This document shows positions 20,361-31,315 of a DNA stretch of 64,000 nucleotides, piece after piece (the first letter of the stretch is position 1; each line of letters begins with the position of its first letter). The notes under the pieces are model-generated. The model did no database searches and was not told the origin of the DNA. It saw only the letters and a program-made list of their open reading frames with translations. The DNA comes from Candidatus Peregrinibacteria bacterium Gr01-1014_25. Lineage in GTDB: Bacteria; Patescibacteriota; Gracilibacteria; Peribacterales; Peribacteraceae. A program made the position numbers and the translations under genes. Location of the stretch: contig VMFU01000007.1 of assembly GCA_007376205.1 (NCBI GenBank), positions 14,118 to 78,117 on the forward strand, given 5' to 3'.

Positions 20361-20657
20361 ATGGACATCCACACCTTCACGCAGGCGATCTACGCGTTGC
20401 CGATGCTGCTCGCCAGTTTGCAGCAGCGGATTATCGACATTGCGACACACACGCCGGCCAAGCGGCGCGAGGCATTGCTGGGTGTCGCACAGACGGCCAG
20501 CGGAAAACTGCAGGCCAATGTGCAGGAACGCGCGGCGACACTCGATGCGTGGGAAGTAATGATCGCCAAGGCGGAACACGACGTCGCCCACGCGGAGCGC
20601 GAGCGCGCCGAGGCGTTGGAAGAGGCCAATGAGCAATTGCCCGATCTCGATTCTTAA
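20361..20657 (+). CDS. Small acidic helical hypothetical protein
   Basis: 98-aa ORF downstream of TGCTATAAT; A/E-rich C-terminal helix. Confidence 0.65.
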   Translation: MDIHTFTQAIYALPMLLASLQQRIIDIATHTPAKRREALLGVAQTASGKLQANVQERAATLDAWEVMIAKAEHDVAHAERERAEALEEANEQLPDLDS

Positions 20658-20668
20658 CCACACAAAGT

Positions 20669-22594
20669 ATGCGGTATTTCTCCTTCACTCTCTCGGCGGA
20701 ACAGCGGCGCCTCTGGCGCGGCCGGATGAATCAACCGCAATTTTGCCCACCGGAAATGCAGCCCAATGCCGATCGTCAGGCTATGACGCCGGAGCAGGTG
20801 AGGGCACTGGATGAGCGGATGACGTCGCTTGTTGCCCGCCGCGATAAAGTCGTGGGACGTATGAAAGCGCTGCGTGATGCAAACGTCGACGCGTCTCATC
20901 CCGCCAAACAGCTGATGGACAAGCAAAAGCAACACTGGGCGGAGCAGTACGACAAATTCAAGAACGGCTGCGATCAGCTCGCGGACCAGTACAACCGACA
21001 GGGTGCCGATTACCATGCGGTTCTCAACGAACTCGATCGTGTGCTCCCGATGTGGGAGCAGCACGTCGAGCAGACGGCGGGCGAACAAACCAAGGAACGT
21101 GCAGATGCCGTGCGGCCGGAGATTGTTGAGCAGCTTGGGCGCCTTCGCGCCAAACATCGTAACGCCGCGAACTTGATCACTAGTGCAATCGCAGGCATGA
21201 AAGAAAGCCGCAGGTACATTCCAAAGGGGACAACCGAGGTAGACAATGAGTTTTTAGCCCTTCAACGGGAGCGACGGGACATGGAAAACAAGTACGGAGA
21301 GGCGCTTCTCAACGAGATCCTCCGCGGCACGCAAAACGAGAAAGACTATGACGGCGACTACTTGGAGCACCAGGGGCTCACCTACACGTACGAGCTAAAG
21401 TATAAAAGTTTTCTCGATGACGCGACTCTCGGCGAAGAGCGTCAGAACGAGCAGGGGAAAATCATCCAGAAGAAATCCCCGGAATCCAACGGCTGGCGTG
21501 AGGTGACACCGCAGGGACTCGGGACCCAGGAGCTCGGACCGGCGGACTTGATCAAGGATTCTTGGAGCTACCTCGGTCAGGCGCCCATTGCGAACCGGCG
21601 CGGTGAGGAGGCCGTTCCTGCCAAGCCGAAGCCGACCGAAGAACCAACGAAAACCACAGAGTCCCCCGAGCAGGCGATGGTCAAGAAGCTCGATGCGGCT
21701 GCAATCGGCACGCGCGTCGAGGCGGATGGACCGAATGGAAAGATTGCCTATCAGAAGACAGAGCAAGGATGGCGCATCCGTTTCGGTAGCGGAGAACTGA
21801 ATGAAACGGGCTACCCTATTTCCTCGCGAGACATTGCGAACCAGAATCCGAAGTTCGTTTCCGGTGAGATCAAGCCGGAGGAGAAGAAAACCGCTCCGGA
21901 CGTGCTGCGCAATGATCCCAGCAAGGCGAGGATGGGGGATGTCTGGGATAAGCCCCACCCGCACTTGCGGAATGACCGTCTGCGTTTTCAGAAGGTGGGT
22001 ACGAACCGGTGGGAGAAGAAGATCGGCGACCACACAACCGCCCTGGAAACGAAGACGGACGCTCAAATGGCACAGGAAGGATTCGCGCCCACGGTGGACA
22101 GGCTGGCGAAGAAGCAGCATCCTGTAGAAAAAGCAGTCAAGATCGGCGAATGGCAGTCGAAAATGCCAGGCATGCTCACCCTTCCAAAGGGAGCGACGGT
22201 AGAACCCGGTTCGCTTTTCCTCCAGCACGAGGCGAACATCTACGTGGCCAAGGACGGGTACATCCTCAAGTCCGTCGCGTACGCCGATGCCGCATCCGCA
22301 AAGGGAAAGCCGCCGCTCGAGATCACCACTCCGGAAGAGCGCCGGCCGCTCTACCAGGCTGCGTTCGACCGCATGCCGCAGAATGTCAGAATCACCGGAC
22401 AGGAAAACAAGGAGCTTGGCGCGGTCTTCGGCGAGAAGGCCACGTACTACCGCACTGCCGAAAATTTCTATGCCATGATCAAGACAAACGATGGCGAGGA
22501 AGTCTGGAGGCGATTTGACTGGTCGAAAGGTGATTGGGACACGAACACCAAACATCTGCCACCCGACCAGCAGGCGCATAGCTCTGACATGTAG
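20669..22594 (+). CDS. Large hypothetical protein with RL-type leader, N-terminal coiled coil and modular C-terminus
   Basis: 641-aa K/E-rich ORF 11 nt after the small upstream gene. Confidence 0.75.
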   Translation: MRYFSFTLSAEQRRLWRGRMNQPQFCPPEMQPNADRQAMTPEQVRALDERMTSLVARRDKVVGRMKALRDANVDASHPAKQLMDKQKQHWAEQYDKFKNGCDQLADQYNRQGADYHAVLNELDRVLPMWEQHVEQTAGEQTKERADAVRPEIVEQLGRLRAKHRNAANLITSAIAGMKESRRYIPKGTTEVDNEFLALQRERRDMENKYGEALLNEILRGTQNEKDYDGDYLEHQGLTYTYELKYKSFLDDATLGEERQNEQGKIIQKKSPESNGWREVTPQGLGTQELGPADLIKDSWSYLGQAPIANRRGEEAVPAKPKPTEEPTKTTESPEQAMVKKLDAAAIGTRVEADGPNGKIAYQKTEQGWRIRFGSGELNETGYPISSRDIANQNPKFVSGEIKPEEKKTAPDVLRNDPSKARMGDVWDKPHPHLRNDRLRFQKVGTNRWEKKIGDHTTALETKTDAQMAQEGFAPTVDRLAKKQHPVEKAVKIGEWQSKMPGMLTLPKGATVEPGSLFLQHEANIYVAKDGYILKSVAYADAASAKGKPPLEITTPEERRPLYQAAFDRMPQNVRITGQENKELGAVFGEKATYYRTAENFYAMIKTNDGEEVWRRFDWSKGDWDTNTKHLPPDQQAHSSDM

Positions 22595-22732
22595 TGCACG
22601 AGACAAACACCGTCTCAAAATCCCTTGCGTTGGGTGGTCGCAGGCGTAGAATACGCCCGGAATCACCGGACGGTTTCCGCGCGGGTTAGACGACCGCGGT
22701 CTGGAGCCGACCGGCGTTCGTGCGTGCATAAT

Positions 22733-22801
22733 TGAGCTGTGAGCTGTGAGATATAGGCTTTGAGAACCGCCCCTAGGTCCGAATCCCGAATCCCCATTCC
22801 C
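22733..22801. repeat. Short heptamer tandem arrays in the rpoC leader
   Basis: TGAGCTG TGAGCTG TGAGATA (22733-22753) and TCCGAAT CCCGAAT CCCCATT (22778-22798). Confidence 0.6.
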
Positions 22802-22811
22802 TCTCATAATT

Positions 22812-25800
22812 ATGGCCTACTCCGCCCCCTCGTCCGCTACCGATTCGTTCGATGCCGTCGCGCTCTCCGTCGCGAGCTCGGATGACATTCTCGCCTGGTC
22901 CCGCGGCGAAGTGACCAAGGCCGAGACCGTGAACTACCGCACACAGCGTGCGGAGCCGGACGGCCTCTTCTGCGAGCGCATCTTCGGTCCGACGAAGAAC
23001 TTCCAGTGCTTCTGCGGCAAGTACAAGGGCATCCGCTACAAGGGCGTGATTTGCGAGAAATGCGGCGTCGAGGTGACGCGCTCCATCGTCCGCCGCGAGC
23101 GCATGGGCCACATCAACCTCGCCGTCCCCATCGCGCACATCTGGTTCCTGCGGTCGAGCCCCTCGCGCATCGGCTTGCTCCTGGATCTGCCCATCAAGAC
23201 GCTCGAGCAGATCGTGTATTTCGCAGCGTACGTCGTGATTTCCGTGAATGAGGAATCCAAGGGCGACGCGGAAAAAGAGTTGTCGAATGCCATGGACCAG
23301 CGCAAGAAGCAGGTGAGCCGCGAGTACGAAGACGCGAAGAAGCAGCTCGTCGAGAGCAAGGCGACGCGCGCGCAAATCGACGCGCTGGACAAGGAGGCGG
23401 CCCAGCAACTCGATACGCTCAAGCAGAACCATCGCGAGGCACTCGATGACCTCAAGAATCTGCGCATGGGCGGGGTGCTTTCGGAGCTCAAGTTCCGCGA
23501 AATGAACATGAAGTTCGGGCACGTCTTCCGCGCGGGCACCGGTGCCGAATCGCTGCGCGAAGTGATCATGAACGTGGACCTCAAGGACCTGGCCGTGCAG
23601 CTTCAGAAGGAGCGCGAGAAATCGAGCGGCCAAAAGCTCAAGAAGATCATGAAGCGCATGAAGTTCGTGAATTCGTTGATGCAGGCGCAGATCAAGCCCG
23701 AGTGGATGATCCCCACGCGGCTCCCGGTGCTGCCCCCCGACCTGCGACCGATGGTCCAGCTCGACGGCGGCCGGTTCGCCGCGTCGGACTTGAACGACCT
23801 GTATCGCCGCGTCATCAACCGCAACTCCCGCCTGAAGAAGCTGATGAGCATCGGCGCGCCCGAGGTCATCTGCCGCAACGAGAAACGCATGCTCCAGGAG
23901 GCTGTCGACACGCTCCTCAACAACTCCGCGCGCGGCGGCAAGACGCTCTTCACCGCCGGTGACCGCCGCAAGCTCCGCTCCCTTTCCGACATGCTCAAGG
24001 GCAAGCAGGGACGCTTCCGCCAGAACCTCCTCGGAAAGCGCGTCGACTACTCCGGCCGCTCCGTCATCGTCGCCGGTCCGCACCTGCAGCTCAGCCAGTG
24101 CGGTCTGCCGAAGGAGATGGCGATGAAGCTCTTCAAGCCGTTCGTCATCGGTACGATCCTGCGGCGCGAGCTGGCGCACAACGTGAAGGCCGCGGAGCGC
24201 CTCATCCAGGATGGTGTGAAGGAGGTGTGGGACATTCTCGAAGAGGTTATCAAGGACAAGTACGTCCTGCTGAACCGCGCGCCGACGCTGCACCGTCTCG
24301 GCATCCAGGCGTTCCAGCCGACGCTCATCGAAGGCCTTGCCATCCAGCTCCACCCGCTTGCCTGCACGGCGTTCAACGCCGACTTCGACGGCGACCAAAT
24401 GGCCGTCCACGTTCCCCTCTCCGAGAGGGGACAGACCGAGGCGGCCACGCTGATGGCCTCGACGCGCAACGTGCTCAAGCCGTCCGCCGGCGAGCCGATC
24501 ATCAACCCGGTCCAGGACATGGTGCTCGGGTGCTACTTCCTGACGCAGAACCACGACGGCAAGAAGGGGCACGGCATGCTCTTCGGCAACCCCGACCAGG
24601 CGCAGCAGGCCTACGATCACGGCATCATCGACCTGCAGGCGCGCATCAAGGTGCGCGTCCCCAAGGGCGCGCCGCTGCACGCGTTCAACCCGGCCGATCT
24701 GGATTCCGACGTCGAATGGGAAGTGGTCGACACGTCCGTTGGACGCATCTTCTTCGACGCGATCCTCCCTGCGAAGGTCGGCCGCGTGAACGATGTCATG
24801 ACCAAGAAGAAATTGAGCAACCTCCTCGCTAAAATCCTCGATATCTGCGGCGAGGCAGATGCGGTCGGCTTCGCCGACCGCGTGAAGGACATCGGCTTCC
24901 GTTTCGCGACGCAATCGGGCATTTCTATCGCCGCCGCGGACATCCTCGTGCCGGCCGAGTGGCAGACGCTCGTCGATGAGGCCAACGAACAGGTCCGCCT
25001 GATCAACAACTACTTCTGGAAAGGTTTCATCACGGCGGACGAGCGGTACATCCAGTCCATCCGCCTCTGGAGCGAAACGAAAAATCGCATCACCCAGGCG
25101 ATGGTCCGCGACTTCCTCGCTGCGCCAGAGAACGACATTACGTACGTCATCGACTCCGGCGCACGCGGCAACTGGGGCCAGGTTGCCCAGCTCGGCGCCA
25201 TGAAGGGATTGGTCGCCAACCCGTCGGGACGCACCATCGAGCTGCCGATTCAGAGCAACCTGAAGCAGGGCTTCTCGGTACTCGAGTTCTTCATCGCCAC
25301 GCACGGTGGACGCAAAGGAAAGTCCGACACCGCTCTGAAAACCGCCGAAGCCGGTTATCTGACGCGCCGTCTCGTCGACGCCGTGCAGGACATCGTCATC
25401 CGCGAGGACGACTGCGGCAGCGAGGCCGTCCACCTCATCACGAGGGAGGATTCCGAGCGTATCGGTGAGAAGCTCGAGAGCCGCATCTTCGGCCGCACGC
25501 TCGCCCAGGATATCAAGGATGGGGGCAAGACCGTGGCCAAGCGTAACCAGGAAATCGACGCCGACATGATCGATGCCTTCCGCGAGCACGGCGTCAACGC
25601 GGTTCCCGTCCGGTCCGTCATGACCTGCAAGACCCGCGGGGGAATTTGCGTGAAGTGCTACGGGCGCGACCTGGGGAACAACAAGACCGTCCAGGCCGGT
25701 ACGCCGGTCGGCATTATCGCCGCGCAGTCCATCGGCGAACCGGGCACGCAGCTCACGATGCGCACCTTCCACATGGGAGGCGTCGCCGAAGGAGCGGACA

Positions 25801-26702
25801 TTACCCAGGGTCTGACGCGTGTCGAAGAACTCTTCGAAGCGCGCAACCCGCGTACCTGCGCCCAGCTCTCGGACGTCGCGGGCCGTGTGAAGGTGCACCA
25901 CCAGGGAGGCAAGACCACCGTCACGGTCGCCGAGGAGGAGCCGGGAGAGGACGCCTACACGGTCCCCGCCGGTTACGAGATCTGCACCAAGAAAGGTGAG
26001 GAAGTCGCCGAGCGCGCGGTCATCGCGCGGTCGCAGCACGACAAGTCCGTCATCCGCGCCGCGCTTGCGGGCAAGGTGACCGAGATCGGCGATGCGAAGA
26101 TCCGCATCCGGCACATGACGCCCCAGGAGCGCATCTACACGTTCGGGCCGCGCGAGTCGCTCGTCGTGAAGACCGGCGCGATGGTGGACGTGGGAGACCC
26201 GCTCAACTTAGGTCACTTCAACCTGCAGGACCTTCTGGAGAAGAAGGGGGTCTACGCCGTGCAGAATTACATCGTGCAGGAGGTGCAGCACATCTACGCC
26301 TCGCAGGGACAGACCATCAACGACAAGCACCTGGAGATCATCGTCCGCAAGATGTTCAGCAAGGTCCGCATCACCGATCCCGGCGACACGAACCTGCTGC
26401 CGGGCGAGACCGTCGATCGCAGCGAAGTGGATTACGAAGCCGAGCAGATGCGCAAGCGGACGAAGAGCAAGGGCAAGATGCCCGTCGTCGAACAGCTGCT
26501 CCTCGGCATCACGCGCGTCGCCCTGGCGACCGATTCCTGGCTGTCCGGCGCATCGTTCCAGGAGACCATCCGCGTCCTCGTGGATGCCGCGACCACGCGC
26601 CGCATCGACATGCTCAAGGGTCTCAAGGAGAACGTCATCATCGGGCGTCTCATCCCCACGGGCGAGGTCTATCGCCAGCGCTTTGTCGGCGAAGAAAAAT
26701 AG
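22812..26702 (+). CDS. rpoC: DNA-directed RNA polymerase beta' subunit
   Basis: NADFDGDQMAVH active site, GLFCERIFGP, GKRVDYSGRS, SIGEPGTQLTMRTFH. Confidence 0.99.
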   Translation: MAYSAPSSATDSFDAVALSVASSDDILAWSRGEVTKAETVNYRTQRAEPDGLFCERIFGPTKNFQCFCGKYKGIRYKGVICEKCGVEVTRSIVRRERMGHINLAVPIAHIWFLRSSPSRIGLLLDLPIKTLEQIVYFAAYVVISVNEESKGDAEKELSNAMDQRKKQVSREYEDAKKQLVESKATRAQIDALDKEAAQQLDTLKQNHREALDDLKNLRMGGVLSELKFREMNMKFGHVFRAGTGAESLREVIMNVDLKDLAVQLQKEREKSSGQKLKKIMKRMKFVNSLMQAQIKPEWMIPTRLPVLPPDLRPMVQLDGGRFAASDLNDLYRRVINRNSRLKKLMSIGAPEVICRNEKRMLQEAVDTLLNNSARGGKTLFTAGDRRKLRSLSDMLKGKQGRFRQNLLGKRVDYSGRSVIVAGPHLQLSQCGLPKEMAMKLFKPFVIGTILRRELAHNVKAAERLIQDGVKEVWDILEEVIKDKYVLLNRAPTLHRLGIQAFQPTLIEGLAIQLHPLACTAFNADFDGDQMAVHVPLSERGQTEAATLMASTRNVLKPSAGEPIINPVQDMVLGCYFLTQNHDGKKGHGMLFGNPDQAQQAYDHGIIDLQARIKVRVPKGAPLHAFNPADLDSDVEWEVVDTSVGRIFFDAILPAKVGRVNDVMTKKKLSNLLAKILDICGEADAVGFADRVKDIGFRFATQSGISIAAADILVPAEWQTLVDEANEQVRLINNYFWKGFITADERYIQSIRLWSETKNRITQAMVRDFLAAPENDITYVIDSGARGNWGQVAQLGAMKGLVANPSGRTIELPIQSNLKQGFSVLEFFIATHGGRKGKSDTALKTAEAGYLTRRLVDAVQDIVIREDDCGSEAVHLITREDSERIGEKLESRIFGRTLAQDIKDGGKTVAKRNQEIDADMIDAFREHGVNAVPVRSVMTCKTRGGICVKCYGRDLGNNKTVQAGTPVGIIAAQSIGEPGTQLTMRTFHMGGVAEGADITQGLTRVEELFEARNPRTCAQLSDVAGRVKVHHQGGKTTVTVAEEEPGEDAYTVPAGYEICTKKGEEVAERAVIARSQHDKSVIRAALAGKVTEIGDAKIRIRHMTPQERIYTFGPRESLVVKTGAMVDVGDPLNLGHFNLQDLLEKKGVYAVQNYIVQEVQHIYASQGQTINDKHLEIIVRKMFSKVRITDPGDTNLLPGETVDRSEVDYEAEQMRKRTKSKGKMPVVEQLLLGITRVALATDSWLSGASFQETIRVLVDAATTRRIDMLKGLKENVIIGRLIPTGEVYRQRFVGEEK

Positions 26703-26759
26703 CTTACGAAGCTTCAGAAGCTTGTGCAGCCATCCATCTTTCACTACCATCCCAGCCTC

Positions 26760-27179
26760 ATGCCAACGATCAACCAGCTCATCCGCCGCCGCCGCCGCCC
26801 CAACAGGGCCAAGTCCAAGGCGCCCGCGCTCCAGTACACCTGGAACGCCCTCAACATGCGTCCGGTGCCGCTGCCCAGCGGAGCGCCGTTCAAGCGCGGC
26901 GTGTGTCTCAAAGTGACCACGATGACGCCGAAGAAGCCGAACTCCGCTCTCCGCAAGATCGCCCGTGTGCGCCTGACGAATGGCCATGAGGTGAAGGCGT
27001 ACATCATGGGAGAGGGCCACAATCTGCAGGAACACTCCGTCGTCCTCGTCCGCGGCGGCCGCGTCAAAGACCTTCCGGGCGTGCGCTACCACATCGTCCG
27101 CGGCATCCTCGACACCGAGGGCGTCCGCAACCGCAAGCAGGGCCGCTCGCGCTACGGAGCCCGCAAGCCAAAGGAATGA
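26760..27179 (+). CDS. rpsL: 30S ribosomal protein S12
   Basis: [31 protein letters not shown]. Confidence 0.99.
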   Translation: MPTINQLIRRRRRPNRAKSKAPALQYTWNALNMRPVPLPSGAPFKRGVCLKVTTMTPKKPNSALRKIARVRLTNGHEVKAYIMGEGHNLQEHSVVLVRGGRVKDLPGVRYHIVRGILDTEGVRNRKQGRSRYGARKPKE

Positions 27180-27200
27180 TCCTCTCTCCACTGGCCTGCC

Positions 27201-27270
27201 CGGCGGTCAGCGGGCGGCGGCCAGCGAACAGCTTCTTCCTCCTCACACTGACCGCTGACCACTGATTGCC
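27201..27270. repeat. Inverted heptamer arrays forming a hairpin in the rpsL-rpsG spacer
   Basis: CGGCGGT CAGCGGG CGGCGGC CAGCGAA and CACTGAC CGCTGAC CACTGAT; GGTCAGCGG pairs with CCGCTGACC. Confidence 0.6.
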
Positions 27271-27283
27271 GTCCACTCATTGT

Positions 27284-27739
27284 ATGCCCAAGCCCGTCAA
27301 GACCTTCATCCCGGCCAACTCCTCGCCTCTCATTGAGAAGTTCATCAACTGCCTCATGATGCAGGGGAAGAAGTCCATCGCCCGACGCGTGTTCTGGGAT
27401 GCGATGGAGGTGATCAAAACCCGCACGAAGGACCCGCCGCTCGAGGTCTTCCAGAAGGCGATGCTCAACGCCACGCCGCTCGTCGAGGTCCGACCCAAGC
27501 GCGTCGCCGGAGCCGTCTACCAGGTGCCGGTCGAGGTCAACCCCAAGCGCCAGCAGGCGCTGTCCATCCGGTGGATCCTGGGGGCCGCGCGCGATCGCAA
27601 GGGCATCCCGATGTCCCAGAAGCTCGCCCTGGAACTGCTCGACGCGTCCGCGGAGCAGGGCGGTGCCGTAAAGAAGAAGCAGGATGTCCTGAAGATGGCC
27701 CAGGCGAACAAGGCCTTCGCACATTTTGCAAAGTCCTAG
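27284..27739 (+). CDS. rpsG: 30S ribosomal protein S7
   Basis: KFINCLMMQGKKSIA, EVRPKRVAGAVYQVP, MAQANKAFAHF. Confidence 0.97.
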   Translation: MPKPVKTFIPANSSPLIEKFINCLMMQGKKSIARRVFWDAMEVIKTRTKDPPLEVFQKAMLNATPLVEVRPKRVAGAVYQVPVEVNPKRQQALSIRWILGAARDRKGIPMSQKLALELLDASAEQGGAVKKKQDVLKMAQANKAFAHFAKS

Positions 27740-27820
27740 GCTCGCTCGCGCCTTGGGTTCGTGAGTCCCTCCCCGTCTCGGGCTATTCGAGGGACGCTGT
27801 CTGTGCTATACTCGTCGTCC

Positions 27821-27833
27821 GCTCTTTGGACAT
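27821..27833 (+). promoter_or_regulatory. boxA-like leader motif
   Basis: GCTCTTTGGACAT 8 nt after TGCTATACT; resembles rrn boxA GCTCTTTAACA; variants occur in four other SD-led leaders. Confidence 0.5.
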
Positions 27834-27927
27834 TGGATACGGGTTACACACGTGCGGAGGGTGTTGTGTGCCTGCGTTGCAGGCGCATCGTCCGTACGGT
27901 GTACCCCGATGGGGTTGGAGGTGAAAC

Positions 27928-28386
27928 GTGAAACGGTTGCTTCTTTTGGTTCTCATTGTGTGGATGCCCATGGTCAGCCAAACCATTGCCCAGGAGAAAA
28001 AGGAGACTCCCAAGAAGTCGCTGGTGATGAAACATCATGAACATGTGCTAGCGTCCTCCCTTAAGGGATGGACCAAGGAGTCAGATCAGACGAAGAACAT
28101 GCTCGATATGCTCAATGCATGCGAACGTCTGCTGTCTGGCGCAAAAGGCAATGAGGCTATACGGGCCCATGAAGCCGTTGATATGACCATTGGCTTGATC
28201 AGCAGAGTGCACAAGCTTGAGCAGATGGGAATGGATCTGCAGAAAACGAATCGTGAGCTTCTCGAGAAGATGCAAAACGTGGACAAGGCCCTTGGCAAGC
28301 CGGTGGCAGCGTTGCCGCCGGCAAAGAAGATGACCCCATGCGTCATCGCATGGGATGAAAAAGAGGGCAAGTGGACTGTCAAATGA
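27928..28386 (+). CDS. Hypothetical secreted protein inserted between rpsG and fusA (SD-led, GTG start)
   Basis: Signal peptide MKRLLLLVLIVWMPMVSQTIA; GGAGGTG 4 nt before the start; visibly lower GC. Confidence 0.75.
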   Translation: MKRLLLLVLIVWMPMVSQTIAQEKKETPKKSLVMKHHEHVLASSLKGWTKESDQTKNMLDMLNACERLLSGAKGNEAIRAHEAVDMTIGLISRVHKLEQMGMDLQKTNRELLEKMQNVDKALGKPVAALPPAKKMTPCVIAWDEKEGKWTVK

Positions 28387-28404
28387 CGGAAACCCCGTCG
28401 GTTT

Positions 28405-28437
28405 CCCGGAGGCGGCATAGCTGCCTCCGGGTTTTTT
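28405..28437 (+). terminator. Intrinsic terminator
   Basis: CCCGGAGGCGGC-ATA-GCTGCCTCCGGG followed by T6. Confidence 0.9.
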
Positions 28438-28536
28438 CGTTGCGATGGATGTTTCTCCTCCCTTGGCACGGGTTTGCATGTTGCCCAGGGCTTCCCTATA
28501 GTCCCTCTACGTTTTCTTCAAGGAAACCCCAGCGTA

Positions 28537-28564
28537 TTCGGTTTCCTCGGTTTCTTCGGTTAGC
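28537..28564 (-). repeat. 9-nt GARACCGAN array in the fusA leader (antisense)
   Basis: Minus strand CTAACCGAA GAAACCGAG GAAACCGAA. Confidence 0.7.
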
Positions 28565-28582
28565 CCGAATTCCTCCTCTTCT

Positions 28583-30685
<2,103 letters not shown>

Positions 30686-30729
30686 TCGGTCCATGGCGAC
30701 TATTGCCTTTGTTTCTGCTGGCATAACCA

Positions 30730-30747
30730 CACTGTATTAATACATTG
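30730..30747. promoter_or_regulatory. Palindromic operator candidate, copy 1, overlapping the -35 of the TrpR-like gene
   Basis: CACTGTATTAATACATTG; TTGACA at 30745-30750, GAGTAT at 30768-30773, ATG 6 nt later. Confidence 0.7.
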
Positions 30748-30779
30748 ACACAGCTGGCGGCCGGGGAGAGTATCGGGGT

Positions 30780-31199
30780 ATGAAGCGCCGTTTCACCGAA
30801 GATAGCTGGCGGAAGGAACCGTGGTTCCGCGCGCTCGTTGCCGCACTTCGCACGGCGGCGCGCAGCGAGGAGGACATGGAGAATGTGCTACGCGATATCG
30901 GGACATTGAGTGAGCTGCATGCATGGAGCGAGCGGCTCGAGATCGCACGCCTGATTGCGAAGGGGTTGAGCTACCGACAGGTCGCCGACGCCGCGAAGGC
31001 GAGCACGACCACCGTTACGCGCGTTGCGAATGCCGTCGAGAATGGCACGGGCGGGTATCGCAAAGTCCTCCACGCCCACCGCCACCACCGCCTCCATCGA
31101 TCTTCGGAACTGTCGACGCATGTTCAACCGTTTTCGGCAGCGAAGACCATGCCATCTCCAACGACTGCTTTGCAGAAGTATCTGGGGAAGAAGGCATAG
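30780..31199 (+). CDS. TrpR-like (YerC/YecD family) repressor
   Basis: LRDIGTLSEL...ERLEIARL..GLSYRQVA....STTTVTRVA...G.GGY pattern. Confidence 0.85.
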   Translation: MKRRFTEDSWRKEPWFRALVAALRTAARSEEDMENVLRDIGTLSELHAWSERLEIARLIAKGLSYRQVADAAKASTTTVTRVANAVENGTGGYRKVLHAHRHHRLHRSSELSTHVQPFSAAKTMPSPTTALQKYLGKKA

Positions 31200-31254
31200 G
31201 TATTGCGCATGTTTCGTAGGTACATGTTTTCTTCGAATGCCTGCACCAAAATTC

Positions 31255-31272
31255 TACTGTATTAATACAGTA
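31255..31272. promoter_or_regulatory. Palindromic operator candidate, copy 2, upstream of ribD
   Basis: Perfect palindrome TACTGTATTAATACAGTA. Confidence 0.7.
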
Positions 31273-31315
31273 ATACACGCGCGAATGACGGCAGGCATAG
31301 GGTACCCTGTCCAAC

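Noticed and set aside
31255..31272. Palindrome as a LexA SOS box
   Set aside because: Spacing is CTGT-N6-ACAG, not the gammaproteobacterial CTGT-N8-ACAG, and the neighbours are not repair genes; another regulator cannot be excluded
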